A DNA stretch of 64,000 nt, from contig CATNEN010000001.1 of the NCBI GenBank assembly GCA_950097015.1, forward strand, positions 25,544,001 to 25,608,000, in the 5' to 3' direction. Source of the stretch: Macrostomum hystrix. Lineage: Eukaryota; Animalia; Platyhelminthes. This document shows positions 25,064 through 38,300 of the stretch, in pieces. The position numbers were made by a program, and so were the translations under genes. Under the pieces are notes generated by a model, which was given only the letters and a program-made list of their open reading frames with translations, did no database searches and was not told the origin of the DNA. Within the stretch, counting starts at the first letter, position 1. Every line of letters starts with the position of its first letter.

Positions 25064-26300
25064 GAAAGCCTAACTGATATGTATTAGGTCTCTGAAATCA
25101 TTCAACTTTTCTTTTTTAAATTCTTGTGATTGTGATGATGCTTCTGTTAATGCTGTTTCTTAACTTTTGCACATGGTAGACATGTCTAGGTGCCCATTGT
25201 CTAGATTGGTCATTGCTTAGAGTAATATCATTGCCTTTCTAGTCCTAAATTCTATAACCATTTTTTGCTATTGCTTAAGTTTATTTGTGTTGATTGAGTT
25301 TTAACATCCTCAAGTTAATATTATCTGGCACATTATCTAATATATTGCAAGTTCTTACAGGCCTAAAACATGTATAAGGATAGACTTTTCCTAACCTTGG
25401 CCATAGCAGGGGTGTAGTTATCAGGGAATACAGGGATATTGTGACAAGTGTTTAGTTAGTTGTTGTGTAGCGGATTTGGGTTGGGATTTAAATATATTGC
25501 TTTCTAAGTTTGTTTGTTTGACTAGCTGTGAGGTGGTAACGGGTGGGGACGGCGACGGCAACACTCAAAACATGCTTATTATTATAACAACAGAAAGTAC
25601 TAATTGGGTGTTGAATAAATTTGGTGCAATAATACCCAAGTGTACACTTAGGAAATAAGCCAATCAGAATATAGGGTCAAGGTCAGAGCCAAGTTCTACT
25701 TTCTAGTCACAGAATAAAATGATTATTGCGCAAAAAGTGAATGAAGAGTGAAGTGCGAAAACCAAAATAGTGTACCATACATAATATTCCGGATACTGTA
25801 TTGTTATAATAAGAAAAGTAAGAAAGAAAGCATTTACAATAATTAAACAGCTGCGATAAACAAACTGCCACAATATATTCTCCCATTTGTCTGCTTAAAC
25901 AGTTGCCCATTATATAAGTTAAAGTTTACTGATTTTTATCGCCGTATTTTCATGTTTCTTTGACAATATTTAGCTTGTTTTACAAATGTAGAGTATGAAT
26001 TAATGTACTAATGTACTAAACTAGAGTAAGTATGAATTCGCTAATAATGCAGTTATCATTTATATTTAAATATTTCCCACAGCTGCAGCATGCGCTCCAC
26101 TCTACTGCCCTGTGAGTAGCCACCAAGGAGCACGATTCGAGAGCACTCCAAGGAGAGAGCGGCAGACACTGGCCTGCCCGTTGTCATGGCAACAATTTCA
26201 GGCATAAAAGCAGTCTCCGAGCTGCAGCCGGCCAGAGGTGGAATCGCTGTGTGCTCACCTTGAGCAGTGCTCAATCTAACTTCTCACTCTAATCAGTCCC

Positions 26301-29300
26301 ATGGCTGCTGGAGGCCCAAGCGATGACCAGGTGAGGGACTCAGAGCCAATCACAGTGCTCTTTCTATTGCTCAAATATTGACTGAACCTGTCCACTGACT
26401 GTTGCATTGCCGACTCTCAGCTGCAGAGACTCGCCCAGCTGACCGTCCAGGGCGACTTTGGCCAGGTGCGCCAACTCGCGAAGCGACAGCTGGTGGCAAG
26501 CACAGATGACAGCGGATGGACCATCTTGATGCTGGTGGCCGACGCTCCAGATACTCCCGTGGATGCTGAGAAGTGCGTATTGTACTTATTTGAGTTGGGC
26601 GCGGATCCGGGAGCGCGTGACGGGGCCGGCGACACGGCTGCGCACGTGGCAGCCAGACGGAACCACCTGCGGCTGCTGGCGCTGCTGCCGTTCGATGCGA
26701 AGTGGCTGCAGAACGAGCGAGGCGCGACACCGCTGATGGAGGCAGCTCGGGCCGGCAGCTGGCGAACCGCGAAACACCTGCTGCATCTGCTGAGGCAGTT
26801 AAGGTATGATGAGTACCTTTATAAGAGAGGCACCTCGAAGAGGGATCAGCTGCTCGGCCTGCAGGACAGCGAAGGTCAAACCGCGCTCGACCTGGCGAGG
26901 CAGGGCGGCCACTCAGAGCTGGCCAGCGACATTGAGCGGTGAGTGATCAGTTCGCTGCTGTGCCCGATTCGCAGCATTGCAGCTGGGGTGGCCTGAGCAT
27001 TGGTCTCAGCCCAGCCAATCAGAGCCAGTCAGCTGAAGCCGCTGTTGTTTGCATGGCCCAATGGGATTTCATTTCGGTGCAGTCGCTTTTGCATTTCTAG
27101 TTTAGCAACACGAGCTAACTAATAAATCGATTGGAGATCACTAAAATGGGAACTTGTCAATCTGGGAAAGCATTAGAGATGCAGGGGAGTTTTGTGCATG
27201 CAACTGAATTCCCCATGTGGTTGTGTCTCCCACAGCCAGTTTCCCTTCCCCAATATTCTGATTGGCTGGGATTTCACTTCCCTTAACTTGGAGATTCGCA
27301 AATAGGCAATCAGCAAATCTCCAATGGCCAGTGCACAGATTTGTGTGTGCCACATTGGCAGCACTGAGAATTGGCATTTCTCATGCCGCAGTGCTTTCTC
27401 GACCCCAACACTTTGCTGATGCAGCGAATTTGAGGCTGAGTAAAAATGAGCTTGTCTGAAACTGCTGCCTGTTTGTGTGCGATGAGAATTTCGCATTTGA
27501 TTTCTTCTGCTTTGCAGGGAGATGCGGCTGCGAGTGGGTGTAAATGGCGGCATCTCCGGCCTGACAGACTCGGTGAGTGGCATCTGGGGTGCCGATGTGG
27601 GTGCAGATGAGCAGCTGTACTCAAATTCTCCACTCGCCTTGCAGGAGGAGGCAGAGCGAGAGGAACTGCAGCGGCTGGCCGATACGGGCGACTCGGCGGG
27701 GCTGCGGCGAGCGGCGACCCGCGGCAACTGCGACCTGCCGGACAGGATGGGTCGGACAACGTTAATGCATGCAGCTTGGAACATCCAGTGCTCTGACGGG
27801 GCTCTGTGGCTGCATCTGCTGCAGCTCGGGGACCCCACCTGTACTGATGTGAGTGCTGACAGTTGCCTGCACAGGGCAGCCTGGGCTGGCAATTCTGCCG
27901 CAGTCTCCCAGCTGCTCCATGCCGGAGCCTCCGCCAACGCCAGTGATTGGGAAGAAGCCAACACCAGGGGTTGGATTGAATTCACGCCCCTCATGCGGGC
28001 AGCCAGGGCGCCCCCCGTCACCGCCGCCGCAGTCGGTCGGGCTCTGCTGGCCGCAGGGTCGGACTGGAGCCTGCAGGACAATTATGGCAGGACTGCGCTG
28101 GATTTGGCCACAGTGGAGGGAAAGAGCGAACTGGCCGAGCTGCTGCGTGGGTGAGTTGCCATGGCGACTGAGAATGTCTCTCATCTTGCATTATCGCACT
28201 GAGTGGGTGCAGGTCGCAGTGTTTCACTGATCAGAGTCAAAGTGGGTTGCAATTTTTAGCCAAAGTATTTTCTGTCCAATCAGAGTTTTGCCAGCCTCTG
28301 CCACTCAAGCAGTTTGCAGTGCCGTAAATAATAGCATTAATATTATCAGTGGGAATAAAGCTTTCCATTTGCTGCTTTTTATAGGTGGCCCCGCCTCTCT
28401 GCCCCCTCGGCACCTCTCCCCCCCACGGCAACTCGTCACCTCGCAGCCAGCGAGAGGCAATTCTGCCCATTCCGCTGACTCCTGAGCACACACGCACACA
28501 GATGCCTTCAATAAAGTTGACAGCTATCCAAATATTTTTGCGGAGTCTGTCTCGGTTTCCTCACCTTCTTCAGTGATTTGCCACTGGCCAAGTGAGCCTC
28601 ACTGACCAAAAACTGTCAGTTGAAGAGCGGTAGAAGGGAAGTGGGATATTTTTGTATTTACTTTTCCCCACGGCATGCCAGGGCAGGAATCTGACATTCT
28701 CCTTCGGTAGCATGTTTTGAGACAGGGGAGATGAGACAGGGAGATGAGACAGGGGAGATGAGACAGGGGAGATGAGACAGGGAGATGAGACAGAGGAGAT
28801 GAGACAGGGAGATGAGACAGGGGAGATGAGACAGGGAGATGAGACAGGGGAGATGAGACAGGGAGATGAGACAGGGGAGATGAGACAGGGAGATGAGACA
28901 GGGGAGATGAGACAGGGAGATAAGACAGGGAAATAAGACAGGGAGATGAGACAGGGGAGATGAGACAGGGAGATGAGACAGGGAGATGAGACAGGGAGAT
29001 GAGACAGGGGAGATGAGACAGGGAGATGAGACAGGGAAATAAGACAGGGAGATGAGACAGGGAGATGAGACAGGGAAATAAGACAGGGAGATGAGACAGG
29101 GAGATCAGACAGGGAGATCAGACAGGGGAGATGAGACAGGGAGATAAGACGGCGGAGATGAGACAGGGGAGATGTGACGGTGGAGATGCGACAGGGGAGT
29201 TGAGACATTACAAAAAATAGTACCATTAGCATCGAAATAGAGGCTAATAGAAATAACTAATGTGAAACAGGCAGTCTGGTGTCTCGGGACTTGTTCTCAG

Positions 29301-32300
29301 CAGTTTTCTGAGCTTTCTCTTGAGTAAATTCCCTCATTTCTGCCTACAGGTACGAAGGCAAGAAGTACTTTGACGCGCCTACGCAGCCTCGGTGAGTTCG
29401 TTTGCGGTTTCTTAGAAAATACCACAGCCTCTTCTTATGCCTTACTTGTCTTGTCTTGCTTTTCATAGATGAATATGATTGGCTGATTCATGCAATAAGG
29501 GATGAATGTGATTGGCTGATTGATGCAATAAGGGATGAATATGATTGGCTGATTGATGCAATAAGGGATGAATATGATTGGCTGATTGATGCAATAAGGG
29601 ATGAATGTGATTGGCAGACTGGCGCAATAAGGGATAAATATGATTGGCTGATTGGCGCAATAAGGGATGGATATGATTGGCTGATTGATGCAATAAGGGA
29701 TGAATATAATAATATCAATCAAACTTCTCACTCTAATCAGTCCCATGGCTGCTGGAGGCCCAAGCGATGACCAGGTGAGGGACTCAGAGCCAATCACAGT
29801 GCTCTTCCTATTGCTCAAATATTGACTGAACTTGCCCACTGACTGTTGCATTGCCGACTCTCAGCTGCAGAGACTCGCCCAGCTGACCGTCCAGGGCGAC
29901 TTTGGCCAGGTGCGCCAACTGGCGACGCGACAGCTGGTGGCAAGCACAGATGACAGCGGAAGGACCATCTTGATGCTGGTGGCCGGCGCTCCACAGACTC
30001 CCGTGGATGCTGAGAAGTGCGTATTGTACTTATTTGAGTTGGGCGCAGATCCGAGGGCGCGTGATGGGGCGGGCGACACGGCAGCGCACGTGGCTGCCAG
30101 ACGAAACCACCTGCGGCTGCTGGCGCTGCTGCCGTTCGATGCGAAGTGGCTGCAGAACGAGCGAGGCGCGACACCGCTGATGGAGGCAGCTCGGGCCGGC
30201 AGCTGGCGAACCGCGAAACACCTGCTGCATCTGCTGAGGCAGAGGAGGTATAATGAGTATAAGGAGAGAGGCAACTCGAAGAGGGATCAGCTGCTCGGCC
30301 TGCAGGACAGCGAAGGTCGAACCGCGCTCGACCTGGCGAGGCAGGGCGGCCACTCAGAGCTGGCCAGCGACATTGAGCGGTGAGTGATCAGTTCGCTGCT
30401 GTGCCCGATTCGCAGCATTGCAGCTGGGGTGGCCTGAGCATTGGTCTCAGCCCAGCCAATCAGAGCCAGTCAGCTGAAGCCGCTGTTGTTTGCATGGCCC
30501 AATGGGATTTCATTTCGGTGCAGTCGCTTTTGCATTTCTAGTTTAGCAACTCGAGCTAACTAATAAATCGATTGGAGATCACTGAAATGGGAACTTGTCA
30601 ATCTGGGAAAGCATTAGAGATGCAGGGGAGTTTTGTGCATGCAACTGAATTCCCCATGTGTTTATGTCTCCCACGGGCAGTTTCCCTTCCCCAATATTCT
30701 GATTGGCTGAGATTTTACTTCCCTTAACTTGGAGATTCGCAAATACGCAATCAGCAAATCTCCAATGGCCAGTGCACAGATTTGTGTGTGCCACATTGGC
30801 AGCACTGAGAATTGGCATTTCTCATGCCGCAGTGCTTTCTCGACCCCAACACTTTGCTGATGCAGCGAATTTGAGGCTGAGTAAAAATGAGCTTGTCTGA
30901 AACTGCTGCCTGTTTGTGTGCGATGAGAATTTCGCATTTGATTTCTTCTGCTTTGCAGGGAGATGCGGCTGCGAGTGGATGGACTTGGCTGGATCTCCGG
31001 CCTGACAGACTCGGTGAGTGGCATCTGGGGTGCCGATGTGGGTGCAGATGATCAGCTGTGCTCAAATTCTCCACTCGCCTTTGCAGGAGGAGGCAGAGCG
31101 AGCGGAACTGGGGCGGCTGGCCTGGGCGGGCGACTCGGCGGGGCTGCGGCGAGCGGCGACCCGCGGCAACTGCGACCTGCCGGACAGTGGGGGTCAGACA
31201 GCGTTAATGTCGGCAGCTCGGAACATCCAGTGCTCTGACCGGGCTCTGTGGCAGCATCTGCTGCAGCTCGGGGACCCCACCTGTGCTGATATGGTTGCTC
31301 ACAGTTGCCTGCACTGGGCAGTCCAGGCTGGCAATTCTGCCGCAGTCTCCCAGCTGGTCCATGCCGGAGCCTCCGCCAACGCCAGGGATTGTATTGAATT
31401 CACGCCCCTCATGCGGGCAGCCGAGGCGCCCCCCGCCACCGCCGCCGCAGTCGGTCGGGCTCTGCTGGCCGCAGGGTCGGACTGGAGCCTGAAGAACAAT
31501 TATGGCAGGACTGCGCTGGATTCGGCCACAATTCTGGGAAATAGCGAACTGGCCGAGCTGCTGCGTGGGTGAGTTGCCATGGCGACTGAGAATGTCTCTC
31601 ATCTTGCATTATCGCACTGAGTGGGTGCAGGTCGCAGTGTTTCACTGATCAGAGTCAAAGTGGGTTGCAATTTTTAGCCAAAGTATTTTCTGTCCAATCA
31701 GAGTTTTGCCAGCCTCTGCCACTCAAGCAGTTTGCAGTGCCGTAAATAATAGCATTAATATTATCAGTGGGAATAAAGCTTTCCATTTGCTGCTTTTTAT
31801 AGGTGAAAATGCGCACTGCGTACCGTGCGGGCCGCTCTCACAAAGCCCAATTTTCAGTGCGCAATTCAGAGTTTGTGCAGTCCGAAGCAACTTCTGCTTT
31901 CGACGCTGTGGAAATTGGGGCTTGTGAAACGGCTGAGCATCGCTTCTGGAGGGGTGGGCGTGCGGGCGCTCTCCCATTGGCTGGCGGCCTCCCCGCCACG
32001 TCTCTCTCATTGGCTGGCGGCCTCCGCCAGTCAGTTTTAGCGTTGCGCTGTTGCGCTGTTGCGCTGCTATTGCTGGAAAACTGACACAGCTGAGCTAAAA
32101 TGCACAGTTTAGTTACAGTTAGCTGCTACTTGAACTGTTAATTGGCATTGGCATTAATTACTGCAGTGCCTTCAGCAAACACAAGCAAAGGACAGGACAC
32201 ACTCAGGACAAACACAAGTCAGCAATCAGACGCAGACTAAAGTGCATTGAATGAAAAACAGTCTGGCTGACTGTGGCTCACTTGGCGCAAGTGACGGCCT

Positions 32301-35300
32301 ACAGGGTGGCTGTTAAGAAGAGGCCACCCACAGAGTGGGGGTCGAGGGCCGCACAGGCAAATGAAAATGTGCGGAGAGGCCCCCAGCGAAGGCAGGGACT
32401 GTGGAGTGGGGTGGGTGGCCCCGCCTCTCTGCCCCCTCGTCACCTCGCAGCCAGCGAGAGGCAATTCTGCCCATTTCGCTGACTCCTGAGCACACACGCA
32501 CACAGATGCCTTCAATAAAGTTGACAGCTATCCAACTTTTGCGGAGTCTGTCTCGGTTTCCTCACCTTCTTCAGTGCTTTGCCACTGGCCAAGTGAGCCT
32601 CACTGACCAAAAACTGTCAGTTGAAGAGCGGTAGAAGGGGAGTGGGATATTTTTGTATTCACTTTTCCCCACCGCATGCCAGGGCAGGAATCTGACATTC
32701 TCCTTCGGAAGCATGTTATGAGACAGGGAGATGAGACAGGGAGATGAGACAGGGGAGATGAGACAGGGAGATGAGACAGGGGAGATGAGACAGGGAGATG
32801 AGACAGGGAGATGAGATAGGGGAGATGAGACGGCGGAGATGAGACAGGGGAGATGAGACAGGGGAGATGAGACAGGGGAGATGAGACGGCGGAGATGAGA
32901 CAGGGGAGATGAGACAGGGGAGATGAGACGGCGGAGATGAGACAATACAAAAAATAGTACCATTAGCATAGAAATAAAGGCTAATAGAAATAACTAATGT
33001 GAAACAGGCAGTCTGGTGTCTCGGGACTTGTTCTCAGCAGTTTTCTGAGCTTTCTCTTGAGTAAATTCCCTCATTTCTGCCTACAGGTACGAAGGCAAGA
33101 AGTACTTTGACGCGCCTACGCAGCGTCGGTGAGTTCGTTTGCGGTTTCTTAGATAATACCTCAGCCTCTTCTTATGCCTTGCTTGTCTTGTCTTGCTTTT
33201 CATGGATTAATATGATTGGCTGATTGATGCAATAAGGGATGAATGTGATTGGCTGATTGATGCAATAAGGGATGAATGTGATTGGCTGATTGATGCAATA
33301 AGGGATGAATGTGATTGGCTGATTGATGCAATAAGGGATGAATGTGATTGGCTGATTGATGCAATAAGGGATGAATGTGATTGGCCGATTGATGCAATAA
33401 GGGATGGATATCATTGGCTGATTGATGCAATAAGGGATGAATGTGATTGGCTGATTGATGCAATAAGGGATGGATATCATTAGCTGATTGATGCAATAAG
33501 GGATGAATGTGATTGGCTGATTGATGCAATAAGGGATGAATATGATTGGCTGATTCATGCAATAAGGGATGGATATCATTAGCTGATTGATGCAATAAGG
33601 GATGAATGTGATTGGCAGACTGGCGTAATAAGGGATGAATGTGATTGGCTGATTGATGCAATAAGGGATGAATGTGATTGGCTGATTGATGCAATAAGGG
33701 ATGAATGTGATTGGCTGATTGATGCAATAAGGGATGAATGTGATTGGCAGACTGGCGTAATAAGGGATGAATGTGATTGGCTGATTGATGCAATAAGGGA
33801 TGAATGTGATTGGCTGATTGATGCAATAAGGGATGAATGTGATTGGCTGATTGATGCAATAAGGGATGAATGTGATTGGCTGATTGATGCAATAAGGGAT
33901 GAATGTGATTGGCTGATTGATGCATAAGGGATGAATGTGATTGGCTGATTGATGCAATAAGGGATGAATGTGATTGGCTGATTGATGCAATAAGGGATGA
34001 ATGTGATTGGCCAATTGATGCAATAAGGGATGGATATCATTGGCTGATTGATGCAATAAGGGATGAATGTGATTGGCTGATTGATGCAATAAGGGATGAA
34101 TATGATTGGCTGATTGATGCAATAAGGGATGAATATGATTGGCTGATTGATGCAATAAGGGATGAATATGATTGGCTGATTGACGCAATAAGGGATGAAT
34201 ATGATTGGCTGATTGACGCATTAAGGGATGAATATGATTGGCTGATTGATGCAATAAGGGATGGATGTGATTGGCTGATTGATGCAAAAAGGGATGAATG
34301 TGATTGGCTGATTGATGCAATAAGGGATGAATATGATTGGCTGATTGATGCAATAAGGGATGGATGTGATTGGCTGATTGATGCAATAAGGGATGAATGT
34401 GATAAGCTGATTGATGCAATAAGGGATGAATGTGATTGGCTGATTGATGCAATAAGGGATGGATGTGATTGGCTGATTGATGCAATAAGGGATGGATATG
34501 ATTGGCTGATTGATGCAATAAGGGATGAATATGATAAGCTGATTGATGCAATAAGGGATGGATATCATTAGCTGATTGATGCAATAAGGGATGAATGTGA
34601 TTGGCTGATTGATGCAATAAGGGATGAATATGATTGGCTGATTCATGCAATAAGGGATGAATGTGATTGGCAGACTGGCGTAATAAGGGATGAATGTGAT
34701 TGGCTGATTGATGCAATAAGGGATGGATGTGATTGGCTGATTGATGCAATAAGGGATGAATGTGATTGGCTGATTGATGCAATAAGGGATGAATGTGATT
34801 GGCTGATTGATGCAATAAGGGATGGATGTGATTGGCTGATTGATGCAATAAGGGATGAATGTGATTGGCTGATTGATGCAATAAGGGATGAATGTGATTG
34901 GCTGATTGATGCAATAAGGGATAAATGTGATTGGCTGATTGATGCAATAAGGGATGGATATTATTGGCTGATTGATGCAATAAGGGATGAATGTGATAAG
35001 CTGATTGATGCAATAAGGGATGAATGTGATTGGCTGATTGACGCAATAAGGGATGAATGTGATTGGCTGATTGATGTAATAAGGGATGGATATCATTGGC
35101 TGATTGATGCAATAAGGGATGGATATCATTGGCTGATTGACGCAATAAGGGATGAATATGATTGTGTAGTCTGGCTTGTTGGTGCGCGTTTTCACATAGC
35201 CTAGGCCTATTTGCTCCGATCTTAGACCATAGAAACGTGCACTCGTTTCAACTATTTGTCTCAAATTGTGCATGTCTCATTGTATCATTTTGGCTTGAGT

Positions 35301-38300
35301 GTCTATGATAAAAACATATCAAAATCACACAATATTAGTGATTAATCGCTATTCGTGCACCAATGATTTGACCTCGGTGCAAATGCATTCGTGCACTCAT
35401 AGCAGTTCATTACTTATACATTGTAAACTACCTGAGTGTTTAAGGTGAGTTCGTTTGTATATTCTTAGAAACATTAATAGTCCGGAAAATCTCTGTCACT
35501 CTATAGTAACTGCTCATTTACCTGCTCAATCGAGGTGCTGAGTTTTATAATATATTTTTAGTTTAATCAAAATTGAACGCAATAAATCTAAATAGATAAT
35601 AAAGCGAAGTGCAGCAATAGACAAATGCAAAGAAGTAAACTATTCTGAATTTCTATCAGTCTTAATGAGTATCTGCTTTGTACCCGCATTGCAGCACTGT
35701 TCGAGTGGACCACATCGATGAGCTTTCGAGCGACGATGAGCCTTCGACGCCACCAGAGTGAGTCACAGGACTTGAGCACTCTGCTCTTTTGGCTTGTTCT
35801 GCGCATTCTTTGATTGCCTCTTAAATAACAGCTTTGAAATTTGCTGCAGCCGGCAATACCCACTGAGACGTTTGAAATTTGCAAAATGATAAGCTGATTG
35901 ATGCAATAAGGGATGGATGTGATTGGCTGATTGATGCAATAAGGGATGAATATGATTGGCTGATTGATGCAATAAGGGATGAATGTGATTGGCTGATTGA
36001 TGCAATAAGGGATGAATATGATTGGCTGATTGATGCAATAAGGGATGAATATGATTGGCTGATTGATGCAATAAGGGATGAATGTGATAAGCTGATTGAT
36101 GCAATAAGGGATGAATGTGATTGGCTGATTGATGCAATAAGGGATGAATGTGATTGGCCGATTGATGCAATAAGGGATGAATATGATTGGCTGATTGATG
36201 CAATAAGGGATGAATGTGATTGGCTGATTGATGCAATAAGGGATGAATGTGATAAGCTGATTGATGCAATAAGGGATGAATGTGATAAGCTGATTGATGC
36301 AATAAGGGATGAATGTGATTGGCTGATTGATGCAATAAGGGATGAATGTGATTGGCTGATTGATGCAATAAGGGATGAATGTGATTGGCTGATTGATGCA
36401 ATAAGGGATGAATGTGATTGGCTGATTGATGCAATAAGGGATGAATGTGATAAGCTGATTGATGCAATAAGGGACGAATGTGATTGGCTGATTGATGCAA
36501 TAAGGGATGAATGTGATAAGCTGATTGATGCAATAAGGGATGAATGTGATAAGCTGATTGATGCAATAAGGGATGAATGTGATAAGCTGATTGATGCAAT
36601 AAGGGATGAATGTGATAAGCTGATTGATGCAATAAGGGATGAATGTGATAAGCTGATTGATGCAATAAGGGATGAATGTGATTGGCTGATTGATGCAATA
36701 AGGGATGAATATGATTGTGTAGTCTGGCTTGTTGGTGCGCGTTTTCACATAGCCTAGGCCTATTTGCTCCGATCTTAGACCATAGAAACGTGCACTCGTT
36801 TCAACTATTTGTCTCAAATTGTGCATGTCTCATTGTATCATTTTGGCTTGAGTGTCTATGATAAAAACATATCAAAATCACACAATATTAGTGATTAATC
36901 GCTATTCGTGCACCAATGATTTGACCTCGGTGCAAATGCATTCGTGCACTCATAGCAGTTCATTACTTATACATTGTAAACTACCTGAGTGTTTAAGGTG
37001 AGTTCGTTTGTATATTCTTAGAAACATTAATAGTCCGGAAAATCTCTGTCACTCTATAGTAACTGCTCATTTACCTGCTCAATCGAGGTGCTGAGTTTTA
37101 TAATATATTTTTAGTTTAATCAAAATTGAACGCAATAAATCTAAATAGATAATAAAGCGAAGTGCAGCAATAGACAAATGCAAAGAAGTAAACTATTCTG
37201 AATTTCTATCAGTCTTAATGAGTATCTGCTTTGTACCCGCATTGCAGCACTGTTCGAGTGGACCACATCGATGAGCTTTCGAGCGACGATGAGCCTTCGA
37301 CGCCACCAGAGTGAGTCACAGGACTTGAGCACTCTGCTCTTTTGGCTTGTTCTGCGCATTCTTTGATTGCCTCTTAAATAACAGCTTTGAAATTTGCTGC
37401 AGCCGGCAATACCCACTGAGACGTTTGAAATTTGCAAAATGATAAGCTGATTGATGCAATAAGGGATGGATGTGATTGGCTGATTGATGCAATAAGGGAT
37501 GAATATGATTGGCTGATTGATGCAATAAGGGATGAATGTGATTGGCTGATTGATGCAATAAGGGATGAATATGATTGGCTGATTGATGCAATAAGGGATG
37601 AATATGATTGGCTGATTGATGCAATAAGGGATGAATGTGATAAGCTGATTGATGCAATAAGGGATGAATGTGATTGGCTGATTGATGCAATAAGGGATGA
37701 ATGTGATTGGCCGATTGATGCAATAAGGGATGAATATGATTGGCTGATTGATGCAATAAGGGATGAATGTGATTGGCTGATTGATGCAATAAGGGATGAA
37801 TGTGATAAGCTGATTGATGCAATAAGGGATGAATGTGATAAGCTGATTGATGCAATAAGGGACGAATGTGATTGGCTGATTGATGCAATAAGGGATGAAT
37901 GTGATAAGCTGATTGATGCAATAAGGGATGAATGTGATAAGCTGATTGATGCAATAAGGGATGAATGTGATAAGCTGATTGATGCAATAAGGGATGAATG
38001 TGATAAGCTGATTGATGCAATAAGGGATGAATGTGATTGGCTGATTGACGCAATAAGGGATGAATGTGATTGGCTGATTGATGTAATAAGGGATGGATAT
38101 CATTGGCTGATTGATGCAATAAGGGATGAATGTGATTGGCTGATTGATGCAATAAGGGATGGATATTATTGGCTGATTGATGCAATAAGGGATGAATGTG
38201 ATAAGCTGATTGATGCAATAAGGGATGAATGTGATTGGCTGATTGATGCAATAAGGGATGAATATGATTGGCTGATTGATGCAATAAGGGATGAATGTGA

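Noticed and set aside
26466-31572. Four independent single-exon ankyrin genes as given by the ORF track
   Set aside because: Their starts are mostly GTG/TTG or lie in introns, and their stops are the TGA inside GTGAGT splice donors. They are exons of one model.
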